Part shown: positions 17,815 to 26,486 of the stretch, in pieces
Numbering within the stretch: position 1 is the stretch's first letter
Layout: each line of letters starts with the position of its first letter
NCBI GenBank assembly: GCA_040752695.1
Contig: JBFMGO010000044.1
Span: forward strand, 1-40,507
DNA: 40,507 nt
Source of the DNA: a bacterium
GTDB taxonomy: Bacteria > SZUA-182 > DTGQ01
Direction: 5' to 3'
Notes under the pieces: generated by a model
Told to the model about the DNA's origin: nothing
Database searches by the model: none
What the model saw: the letters and a program-made list of their open reading frames with translations, nothing else
Made by a program: the position numbers and the translations under genes

Positions 17815-19488
17815 TCACTGGATCTTAAAACGTTTGATTTCATTCTTTCGCGGATCGATAATATGGACCGCACAGGCCAGACAGGGATCGAAAGAGTGAA
17901 TGGTGCGGATAATCTCAAGGGGCTGATCGATATTAGCCAGCCTGGTTCCTATAAGAGCCTCTTCGTACGGACCTCTTTGTCCCTGTTCGTCTCTGGGTGA
18001 GGCGTTCCAGGTTGAAGGCACGATGGCCTGGTAATTGGCAATGGCCTTGTTTTCTATTCGCACCCAATGTCCAAGAGCGCCTCTAGGGGCTTCGCTCATT
18101 CCCCTGCCTTGCGCTGATTTCGGGATATCGCAGCGGGTCCAGGTTCTCTGGTCGCCACCTTTGATATTGCCTACCAGTTCGTAAACCCACCCGGCAACCT
18201 GGTCTGCTACCAGTTTGGCCTCAAGGCACCGGGCAGCAGTACGGCCAAGGGTTGAAAAAAGGGCTTGGGCCGGAATATCGGCAGCGCTGAGAACCCCGTT
18301 GACTAACTCCCTGATTTTGGTATTCCCTCTGGCATATCCTACCAGCATGCGGGCCAAAGGACCCACCTCCATGGGTTTGCCATTGTAGCGGGGAGCCTTG
18401 ACCCAGCTATATTTCTCGTTTCCCTTCAGGTTTCCCTGCTCATCAAAGCCGGTATAGTGCGGCTTGGTCTCCCCTTCAGAAGGATGTCTCGAACTGTTTC
18501 CCTCATACCAGGAGTGGGTGACCTCTTCCTTGATCTTTTCCTCATCGATATCGTGAGCCTGGCTTAAATTTCCGCCCCACACCACACCGCGGGGGAAAAG
18601 TGTCTCCTGCCAATGATCGTCAAGGGGAAAGCCCCCGTAGCTCAGGTAGTTTTTCACTCCGGCACCTATATTTGCGGCTCCTTCGCCCTTATAGAATTGG
18701 GCTGCCAGCAAAACGTCAGGGAAATAGGCGGTTTCGATGAAATTTTTCACCTCTTTCAGCCGGTAGAGGTATTCGCCGAGGCGGTGGGCATCCAGGGCAT
18801 CCATTACGCTGGTCACTCCACCTACTACCAGACTTTGGGGATGGGGGTTTTTGCCGCCGAATATGGCCATCATCTGTGCTGCCACCCGCTGGACGCTCAG
18901 GGCATCCAGATAGTGGGAGGCAATGACCAGGTTGGCTTCGGGCGAGAGCTTATAGGACTCGTTTCCCCAGTAGGCATGAGCAAAGGGGCCTAAGCGGCCG
19001 CTCTGGACAAAGGCGGTCAAGCGTTTTTGCACTTCCGCATAGTGACTGGCCGAGCAGTTGTAAGGATTTTCGCAAATACTGCGGGCCAGATCCACCGCCC
19101 CACTCGGATTGGCAGACAGGGCACTGACCAGATCCACCCAATCCAGGCCGTGAAGGTGATAAAAATGGACTATTTTATCGTGGAGGTATTGAGCACCCTT
19201 AATAAGGTTTCGAATCAGGCGGGCATTTTTCGGAGGGACCACGCCGATAGCATTCTCCACTGCCAGAGTGGCTGCCTCGTAATGAGAATAGGTGCAGACA
19301 CCGCAGAATCTCTGGGTGATCAAGCCCGCATCTCTGGGGTCTCTTCCTTTTAAAATCAGCTCGAATCCCCTCCACAGGGTAGCGGAACTCCAGGCATCGA
19401 CAATGCGGTTATCTGCATCCACTTCCACCTCGATTCGAAGATGCCCCTCTATTCTCGTGATCGGATCAACGATAATTCGCCTGGACAT
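17815..19488 (-). CDS. hyaB: [NiFe]-hydrogenase large subunit (group 1b-like)
   Basis: DPITRIEGH, L1 QRFCGVCT, L2 SFDPCLACAVH, followed by a cleavable 15-aa tail. Confidence 0.97.
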   Translation of the reverse strand: MSRRIIVDPITRIEGHLRIEVEVDADNRIVDAWSSATLWRGFELILKGRDPRDAGLITQRFCGVCTYSHYEAATLAVENAIGVVPPKNARLIRNLIKGAQYLHDKIVHFYHLHGLDWVDLVSALSANPSGAVDLARSICENPYNCSASHYAEVQKRLTAFVQSGRLGPFAHAYWGNESYKLSPEANLVIASHYLDALSVQRVAAQMMAIFGGKNPHPQSLVVGGVTSVMDALDAHRLGEYLYRLKEVKNFIETAYFPDVLLAAQFYKGEGAANIGAGVKNYLSYGGFPLDDHWQETLFPRGVVWGGNLSQAHDIDEEKIKEEVTHSWYEGNSSRHPSEGETKPHYTGFDEQGNLKGNEKYSWVKAPRYNGKPMEVGPLARMLVGYARGNTKIRELVNGVLSAADIPAQALFSTLGRTAARCLEAKLVADQVAGWVYELVGNIKGGDQRTWTRCDIPKSAQGRGMSEAPRGALGHWVRIENKAIANYQAIVPSTWNASPRDEQGQRGPYEEALIGTRLANIDQPLEIIRTIHSFDPCLACAVHIIDPRKNEIKRFKIQ

Positions 19489-20690
19489 TATTTATCCCCT
19501 CCTTTCTCTTTCCCGACACCCCTGATGGTGCTTCCTACGGCGTGTACACCGATTCCGGCTAGGGTGAGTGCAGCCAGACCGATACCGATTTTGTCAACCG
19601 TCGCTTCCACTCCGGCCAGGGGAAGCGGAGCCTGGTCAGCGATTGGTTTTTCCAAAGGAGCCATGGTGTCCCAAAAGCCCGGCTCGGTACAGCCCATACA
19701 TCCATGCCCTGCCATTACCGGCCAGGAAACGCCCTGATTAAACCGGACCTTGCTGCAATTGGCATAGGTATACGGCCCCTTGCACCCCACCTTGTAAAGA
19801 CACCATCCCCTTTTGGCGAACTCATCTCCCCATTCTTCCACAAATTCTCCCGCATCATAGTGAGGCCGACGTTCACAAAAATCATGGATCCTTTTCCCAT
19901 ATGCCCACAGCGGACGTCCCAGCTTGTCAAGGGCAGGAACGGCCCCGAAAAGGATATAATGAAGCAGCGTGCCGACAAAATTGGTTGCATTGGGTGGACA
20001 TCCCGCAATATTGACAGCGGGTATCTTCAGAGCATCCCTGATTCCGCGAGCCTGCGTCGGATTCGGTTTGGCTGCCGGAATATTGCCGAAAGAAGAGCAT
20101 GAGCCGATATTTATGACCATGGCGGCTCTTGAGGTTACCTCTTTGGCTAATTCGTATCCAGTCTTGCCCTTGGCACCGATAGTGAGATATTTTCCATCCA
20201 TTCCCATGGGAATGGCACCCTCGATTACACAGACAAACTGTCCGGGGAATTTTTCCAGTGCTTCTTCCAGGCACTCCTCTGCCTGATAACCCGATGCCAC
20301 CAGCAGGGTTTCGTGATATTCCAGGGAGATCGTGTCCAGGATGATATCATCGATGTTCGGGTAGGAGCTTCTGAGCAGGGACTCGGTACAGCCAGTGCAT
20401 TCGGACAGATTGAGCCATACCACGGGAATCCGGTTGGCCATCTGGGCAGCTTTAGCCACGCGGGAAGTGAAAACTGGCGGCAGCATCAAGGCAGTGCTCA
20501 TGATCGAGCACCATTTCAGGAAGCTGCGCCTGCTTATTCCGGCACAGCTCAAGGTTTCATTCAACCTTTCCGCAGGCGGTGGAAGTTCCTGATGCATTCT
20601 CTCAAGGTGGAGATCACATCTTTTCATCAGGGCATCGTAATAGACCCTCGATTGCCCTTCTTTGCCAGAGAAAATACCGTCTAGTGCCAT
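19488..20690 (-). CDS. hyaA: [NiFe]-hydrogenase small subunit with Tat signal and C-terminal membrane anchor
   Basis: SRRSFLK, ECTGCTES, GCPP, HDFC, CLYKVGCKGP, GHGCMGC. Confidence 0.97.
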   Translation of the reverse strand: MALDGIFSGKEGQSRVYYDALMKRCDLHLERMHQELPPPAERLNETLSCAGISRRSFLKWCSIMSTALMLPPVFTSRVAKAAQMANRIPVVWLNLSECTGCTESLLRSSYPNIDDIILDTISLEYHETLLVASGYQAEECLEEALEKFPGQFVCVIEGAIPMGMDGKYLTIGAKGKTGYELAKEVTSRAAMVINIGSCSSFGNIPAAKPNPTQARGIRDALKIPAVNIAGCPPNATNFVGTLLHYILFGAVPALDKLGRPLWAYGKRIHDFCERRPHYDAGEFVEEWGDEFAKRGWCLYKVGCKGPYTYANCSKVRFNQGVSWPVMAGHGCMGCTEPGFWDTMAPLEKPIADQAPLPLAGVEATVDKIGIGLAALTLAGIGVHAVGSTIRGVGKEKGGDK

Positions 20691-20760
20691 AAAAGCCCTC
20701 CTTCCCTAACCAACTACACACTTATTTAGTTGAGCTTTGGGATTATCTAATGAGGTTATA

Positions 20761-21249
20761 CTACACGTGCATGAGGATTCCGCCCAGGCTCTCGATCTCC
20801 TCCTTTACCAGATGTTCCACCTTGTGAAGAGCATCGTGAAGAGGCGGGCTTAGCTCCATTCCCATTTCCGTAATATCTGCCGGGATTACAGCAATGATCG
20901 TTGTCTGCGGTGCTTCTCCCATTAACTGTGCTTTAACGAGTACATCTAAAAATTCTACCTCGTGGGCATTGGTCGCATAATCCAAACTGGTTGGAATTGC
21001 TTCCGGGCTAAAACGATAGATAGATCCAGGCTTATCGTCGGCTTTCACCGTGTCGACAACCAACAGGCGTTCTGTCTGACAGATACTGTCCATCAGAGCA
21101 TAGCCGAGTGTTCCACCGTCAATAATCACCATATCTTCAGGCAAACGATACCTCTCCTGAAAGTAATGGATGAAATGTACACCGAAGCCTTCATCTTTCA
21201 GCAGCAGGTTTCCCAAACCTAAGAGGGTAAGCTTATATGTTTTCTTCAT
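20761..21249 (-). CDS. hyaD: Hydrogenase maturation protease
   Basis: LGLGNLLLKDEGFGVH, IDGGT, AHE; start could be 21282. Confidence 0.92.
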   Translation of the reverse strand: MKKTYKLTLLGLGNLLLKDEGFGVHFIHYFQERYRLPEDMVIIDGGTLGYALMDSICQTERLLVVDTVKADDKPGSIYRFSPEAIPTSLDYATNAHEVEFLDVLVKAQLMGEAPQTTIIAVIPADITEMGMELSPPLHDALHKVEHLVKEEIESLGGILMHV

Positions 21250-21312
21250 TATTTTAAGGGAGCAGTTAAACAAAACATTCATTGGGGCTAAAGGAACTTC
21301 AAGTATATCTAA

Positions 21313-21341
21313 ATTCTACCTGCATTGTCTTTTTCCGTCAA
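21313..21341 (-). promoter_or_regulatory. Sigma70-type promoter of the hydrogenase operon
   Basis: TTGACG-17 nt-TAGAAT. Confidence 0.6.
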
Positions 21342-21691
21342 GGAAAGCGCACCCCAAAATGAGGGGAAAAGAGCAAAAATTTTAAGCAGGATAATGGCCC
21401 CGTGCTTTTGCGCACCAGGGGGTATTCATATTATGATTTTACCAAAGGAGATATAGAAAGGAGATATAGAATTGATCTTTTTTTAAATAGCGAATCGATG
21501 AAAAAGATATTGCCCTAATGTATGGAAATCTAATATATAGAAAATCTAGTTAGTTAGTTACAGTAACTTTTAACTGGATTTTATGAGCGAGGACAGGCTT
21601 AAAAGACTGCCTGCCCTAGCTCATCTTCGCTACCCTCTATAAAATTAAAAAATGAAATATAAAAATTAACAGAATGAACTCATCCCCAGCC

Positions 21692-22342
21692 CTAATAACG
21701 CCACAGAGGTAATACAGGATTTGCCAGCCAGGGAGAAGGAAGTATTGGCCCAAAAGAAAATGTCGAACGGAAAGGCTGAAGCCCTCCAAAACCTGATATT
21801 ACTGCCGGTGCTGTGGCAGTAGTTGTCGGAAGAGTAGTAGCTGGAGTAGTTATCGGCACAACCGTGGGTGTTGTGACTACCGGAGTTACAGGCACTACTG
21901 TCGGTGTGGGCGGCACATAGCCGCTCGGATAAATAAAAACTGTAAGCGGTGCTACGAGAGCAGATAATTTGATGCCGGGAATCCCCGTGCCGGGCTTGAT
22001 CGACACCCTTAAATTGGTCGATGAGGGAGGAATAAAAACAGTTGTCGCTCCATTGATAAATGCATGAGCTGTTCGCAGCGGGGTTACGGGCGATAAGCTT
22101 CCCGTATATGGTGCCGAAGGCAGCAGCCCATTATTTGTACCCCATTGGTTGAGAAGTGGGGATAGAAAATCATAAGAATATCTGGGAAACGTCGGAACAG
22201 TCAAAAAAGGTGAAAGCCACAATGGATTTTGAGCATCGGCAGCCGGCAGAGAAGAAATTCCAGCTATACCAAAGATGATCAAGGCTACAATACATAAGAA
22301 GACCCGCTTCATTCTCTTTTTCTGGTTAAAGCACCGTACCAT
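21692..22342 (-). CDS. Secreted Pro/Thr/Val-rich protein of unknown function
   Basis: Basic N-terminus plus hydrophobic helix and ADA|Q cleavage site; PTPTVVPVTPVVTTPT tract; GAGG RBS before ATG 22342. Confidence 0.7.
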   Translation of the reverse strand: MVRCFNQKKRMKRVFLCIVALIIFGIAGISSLPAADAQNPLWLSPFLTVPTFPRYSYDFLSPLLNQWGTNNGLLPSAPYTGSLSPVTPLRTAHAFINGATTVFIPPSSTNLRVSIKPGTGIPGIKLSALVAPLTVFIYPSGYVPPTPTVVPVTPVVTTPTVVPITTPATTLPTTTATAPAVISGFGGLQPFRSTFSFGPILPSPWLANPVLPLWRY

Positions 22343-22404
22343 AGGATTACCTCTTTCCTCGTTCGGATGAACTGACAATGAATTCTTCAGAGAGAACCCA
22401 CTTC

Positions 22405-22556
22405 AATGAGCCGCAATCACAATGAACCGCAATCACAATGAACCACAACCACAACGAGCCACAACCACAATGAGCCGCAATCACAATGAACCACAACCAC
22501 AATGAGCCGCAATCACAATGAACCACAACCATAACGAGCCGCAATCCCTATGAGCC
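22405..22556. repeat. 9.5 x 16-bp tandem repeat (aaYgaRccRcaaYcac)
   Basis: Contiguous units from 22405 with no spacers. Confidence 0.95.
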
Positions 22557-22692
22557 ATTACTTGCCCGAACCTCAGAAAAATAGGTAACTTTGATTCTGA
22601 TTATCACTCCCTTTCTTATTTTTCTCTTGTAAGCCCCTGTTAAGTGAGGATAAAGAGGGTTAAGTGTTGCCACTACCTTTCATTAAAGGTAC

Positions 22693-22708
22693 GCAAGTCT
22701 GGTGCCAA
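22693..22708 (-). promoter_or_regulatory. Sigma54 -24/-12 promoter
   Basis: TTGGCAC-CAGAC-TTGC matches the consensus TGGCAC-N5-TTGC. Confidence 0.8.
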
Positions 22709-22736
22709 TATCATCTTTCCATGGATAATATCAGAT

Positions 22737-22749
22737 AATCAATAAATTA
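22737..22749 (+). promoter_or_regulatory. IHF binding site
   Basis: AATCAA-TAAA-TTA matches WATCAA-N4-TTR, located between the sigma54 promoter and the dyad. Confidence 0.65.
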
Positions 22750-22779
22750 CTAGACTAATTAGAGAGGAGGATAATAAAA

Positions 22780-22830
22780 AATATGCAATGGCGTTCATAA
22801 ATATTAAAACTATGAAAACCAATGCATATT
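22780..22830. promoter_or_regulatory. Putative enhancer (UAS) for a sigma54 activator
   Basis: Imperfect dyad aatatgca-N6-ttcata-N11-tatgaa-N6-tgcatatt, 70-120 bp upstream of the -24 box. Confidence 0.5.
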
Positions 22831-22902
22831 TGCCGGGTTGCGAATCGAAGACAACAGGCAATCTGAAGTTAGACCAGGAACAGGCTGATAATTCTGCACG
22901 TT

Positions 22903-22939
22903 AAAAAAGCCGGCCAATGCAGGAGGACATTGGCCGGCT
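22903..22939 (-). terminator. Orphan intrinsic terminator (possible sRNA 3' end)
   Basis: 12-bp arms agccggccaatg / cattggccggct ending in T6 on the minus strand; loop UCCUCCUG. Confidence 0.65.
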
Positions 22940-23363
22940 GCCTACAGGAAGTAGAGAAAAACATGTCTACCTTATTAATCGAAATATCAGTGTTATTTCT
23001 TCGCTATTTTTTTGCTGCTTTACAGCTATTTATATGTAAATTACAACCATATTTTCCTTCGTCACAGAGAATGTACAAGTTGCAGAAACAAAACACCCAT
23101 AGTAGCCATACGGCAGGAAATCTCTCTTCTCGTTGTGGGGCCTTCAAGGCAGTCTCAATAATACTTAAAATTGATGTTTAATTTACAGTAATTTAGTCCT
23201 TTTTTGCCTATACAGTAATAAATTGAAATGAGAATAACCGATTCTGGATAAGATTGGTGGAAAATCACTACCTTTTATAGGGCAAGCACTTTGGTCAGGG
23301 ATAACTATTTCAGTCGGCAAGAGTACATTATGTGAAAATAGCTGGATAGTGCAGGAGAAATTC

Positions 23364-26300
23364 ATGATAAATTATGCATTTTTAAAAATAAAAGGTGTCA
23401 TTTCTATTACTGTATTTTTTACCTTTCTCCAGTGCAGTTTAATTCCTGCCGGAGCATTAGGGGAGAGAAGAAAAAAACCTCAAGCAGGAGGCAAAATCCG
23501 TTCCTCTGCCGGTAAAAATACAAATTCTCTCAATACTGCAACTGCCGGCAACAGCGCTCTGCCTGAAATGGATGGATCGTCTCGTGAAGGCACAAAGAGC
23601 ATACTCAAAAAGAACGCCTCACAGACAGAGCAAGATAATGATAACAAAATTTGGTCGTCCGGGGGGGAGGCTGTCCGCTCACAAATGCCGCCAGCCACAG
23701 TGGGCAGCGAAAGGACAAATGGATTATATCAGGGCAGAAAGGGCCTTGGAACATGGGAGGCACATGAGCAGGAGGAAATCCTGCCTGACCATAGCCCTTC
23801 ACTTGCCAATGATGGTCAGGGCACCGTTTACCTGGTCTTTGAACATGGTAATGAGCTTTGGTGGGCATCTGACAAAGGCAGTGGCTGGGTGCATAATGGG
23901 AAATTACCGGGGCAAGGAGGGATGCGGCCTGTTGTTGTCTATATCCCCGGACTCTTTGAGCAGGGCGCATCGAATGGAAAGGATCAGAGCACGATTCCTT
24001 ATGAAGACGCAGGCCAGGCTGCTTCTGGTCAGCCAGAGGCCGGGGGCCTTTTTTGCGTCTTCGAATCACTTGAATCCCCCAGAAAAATCATGAGTTCTGT
24101 GGGCAAATTAGCGGGTGAAGAGGTGATCTGGAGTGAACCTCAGCCACTCACGATGGATGATCACAGCGACTTTGGCCTTGCCCTTTGTACGGACAGTGAC
24201 CGGAACCCCCTGGTACTCTGGCTTCAGCAGGGCTCACCTGAAACCGATGATGCCGACCTTTACTATCAGGTGATCACCGTAGCCGATTCTCACCTTGTCT
24301 GGCCCGACCGGCTTGAGAGTGCTCTGACTCAGCAGCAATCCGGTCAATCGCAGCAACAGGAACAATCGGGCACTCCTAAACTGAAACCGGACCCGACCAT
24401 TCCGGTCTTTCCCTTTGGAGATGCGGATTGCCTTGGCCGTATCCTTTGCACGGGAAGCAGCCTTGTTCCACGGTTCATTCCTGTTATCGGGGGTGTACAC
24501 AACTACCAGTTGTGGGCAACGTCGTGTGTTCCTGCGGTTTTTTCTCCGGGTGCCGCAACAGCCGGTCTTCCCTTATCCAGCACCTCTTTAGGATTCGGTC
24601 TGCTCCTGCTCACCTCCATGGGAAGGCACATCACTACCGGTACGATAGGAAGCGTTTTGATTCAGCGCAATGTCCCGCCGGGTCCGGCTCTTCCTCAAGG
24701 CGGTGCACCTTCCAATTCTTCGGAAACAAGCGACAATCCTCAGAATACCAGTCTCAGCAATGTCTACACCGTTTCAGGAGCCGGTTACATCAGCTATCTT
24801 TCCTTCCCGCTGCCTCTTTGCATCAATCATGTTCCTGTGGGGAAAATGAGACTGGGCGTCATGGGCCAAACCGGCCTTCAGGGCATTGTAACTCTCGGTG
24901 CAGGGTATGCCGGTCAGCAGGGTGGGGGGTATGCCGGCCAGCAGAGCGCCGCAAGCCTTTCGGCAGCATTACCGGCCGGTGGTACTGGTGGTGGGAACGA
25001 TGGTGGAGGCACTTTTGAGGACAGTGGCAGTGATACTGATGGAGAAGGCGCATTTTCAGGGGATGGGGAATCCGACAGTTCCACGATCAAAAGATCCGAT
25101 TTCTCTAAAACGCTTGAAGGGACTGAGTTCATGTTCGATGTAGGATTAGGCGGTGAAGGTACTCTCACAGCTTTTAAAGGCGGGGTGCTGGGGCTTGTCT
25201 ATCTGGTGGGCGGTCTCTCGACAAGATATACAGTACCTACACGCGCTGTGGCTACGTTCACGGCAGCACCCTTTATCGCTCTGACAGGGGCAATTGGGGT
25301 CCTTGGACCATGGAATGGTGTGTTAAGAACATTTCACCGCAGCTATATCTGGGATGGAGTGACTTTTAACCCGCCCAGTTTCAATGCCGCCATACCAAAA
25401 GGCCCGGTAAATTCATCGGTTGCGCTGCTGCCCTCTGCGACAAGCTCAAAGAATGTGCCATCGGCTCCGGTATGCTCATCGAAGGACGACCTTATCCGGA
25501 CCATTTCCCAGGCTTTGAAAAATAGGGTATCTCTCCGTGAACAGATCGAGGGGGTATCCATCCGTGAAGAGGTCGAGTATGTCAAGAAGCCTTTCACAGG
25601 AACTGGCTCGGTGTATGAAGGCAAGCCCATACTGGGGGATATATCGGCAGATGTATACAATGACGGAGTTCCTTCCGTGGCCAGAAGCGGATCAGGGGAC
25701 ATCATGGCGGTCTGGGCTAAGGCCTTTGCTTCCTCGGCCCTTGGTACTAAAATCTACAGCGCCCGCTATACCCAAAAGGGCTGGAGCAGCGTTTTGGAGG
25801 TAACTCCCGGGATTGATTTCCATAAAGACCCGGCCATAGTCTTTGACTCGCACGGTAAACCCTTGGCTGTCTGGTCGAGCGCGCCCAACGAGGGACTCGA
25901 CTACGAGCGGTCTTCGGCTGTAGAGATTCTTGAGGCCATTGATAAGGCAGATCTCATGTATTCCTGGCATGAAGAGGGAAAGTGGACAGCGCCGAAGCTT
26001 CTGGCTGCACTTCCTGGTCTGGACGATCAGGTGGATCTTGCTGCCGGACCCGATGGGAAGATAACAGCAGTGTGGATCAATCAGTCAGGCAAAAGCTCAC
26101 GTCTTTACGGCTCGCTGTGGAACGGAACCTGCTGGACCTGGCCGAAATGTATCGCTCAAGCTGTGCTGGCAGAATCGCCTGAGATTACCTATGCAGCCGG
26201 AAGACCTTCTGTAGTCTGGGCCCAGGATACGGACGGGAAAATAGAGACAACTGATGACTGGAGGATGTACATCGCAGATTGGAGCGGCACATCCTGGCAC

Positions 26301-26423
26301 TCTCAGGCCTTATCGGTTGATGGAAAGAAAAGGGAACAGGGAAATGGACAAGGAAGTCCGGGGAAAAGGAACCTGCCCGCAAGAAGGAGAGGAAAAAAAC
26401 GAGGGGCTGCCTTGTTCGATTAA
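23364..26423 (+). CDS. Large secreted protein, paralog 1 (split beta-propeller-like repeats)
   Basis: AGGAG RBS; signal-like N-terminus; repeated P.[IL][AV].D..G...[VL]W blades. Confidence 0.8.
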   Translation: MINYAFLKIKGVISITVFFTFLQCSLIPAGALGERRKKPQAGGKIRSSAGKNTNSLNTATAGNSALPEMDGSSREGTKSILKKNASQTEQDNDNKIWSSGGEAVRSQMPPATVGSERTNGLYQGRKGLGTWEAHEQEEILPDHSPSLANDGQGTVYLVFEHGNELWWASDKGSGWVHNGKLPGQGGMRPVVVYIPGLFEQGASNGKDQSTIPYEDAGQAASGQPEAGGLFCVFESLESPRKIMSSVGKLAGEEVIWSEPQPLTMDDHSDFGLALCTDSDRNPLVLWLQQGSPETDDADLYYQVITVADSHLVWPDRLESALTQQQSGQSQQQEQSGTPKLKPDPTIPVFPFGDADCLGRILCTGSSLVPRFIPVIGGVHNYQLWATSCVPAVFSPGAATAGLPLSSTSLGFGLLLLTSMGRHITTGTIGSVLIQRNVPPGPALPQGGAPSNSSETSDNPQNTSLSNVYTVSGAGYISYLSFPLPLCINHVPVGKMRLGVMGQTGLQGIVTLGAGYAGQQGGGYAGQQSAASLSAALPAGGTGGGNDGGGTFEDSGSDTDGEGAFSGDGESDSSTIKRSDFSKTLEGTEFMFDVGLGGEGTLTAFKGGVLGLVYLVGGLSTRYTVPTRAVATFTAAPFIALTGAIGVLGPWNGVLRTFHRSYIWDGVTFNPPSFNAAIPKGPVNSSVALLPSATSSKNVPSAPVCSSKDDLIRTISQALKNRVSLREQIEGVSIREEVEYVKKPFTGTGSVYEGKPILGDISADVYNDGVPSVARSGSGDIMAVWAKAFASSALGTKIYSARYTQKGWSSVLEVTPGIDFHKDPAIVFDSHGKPLAVWSSAPNEGLDYERSSAVEILEAIDKADLMYSWHEEGKWTAPKLLAALPGLDDQVDLAAGPDGKITAVWINQSGKSSRLYGSLWNGTCWTWPKCIAQAVLAESPEITYAAGRPSVVWAQDTDGKIETTDDWRMYIADWSGTSWHSQALSVDGKKREQGNGQGSPGKRNLPARRRGKKRGAALFD

Positions 26424-26486
26424 GTTGTTGAGGGTGTTCAAGATTACATTAATAGTCCAGTGGTGTTCAGCGAGGAGCGAGAGATT

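Noticed and set aside
21472..21485. FNR box upstream of the hydrogenase
   Set aside because: Only the TTGAT half-site is present; the second half does not match ATCAA
22347..22544. 65-aa Cys/Trp-rich ORF (HCDCGSLWLW repeats)
   Set aside because: Translation artefact of the 16-bp array; no RBS seen
22405..22556. CRISPR array
   Set aside because: Units are contiguous with no unique spacers, only 16 bp long, and no cas genes are present
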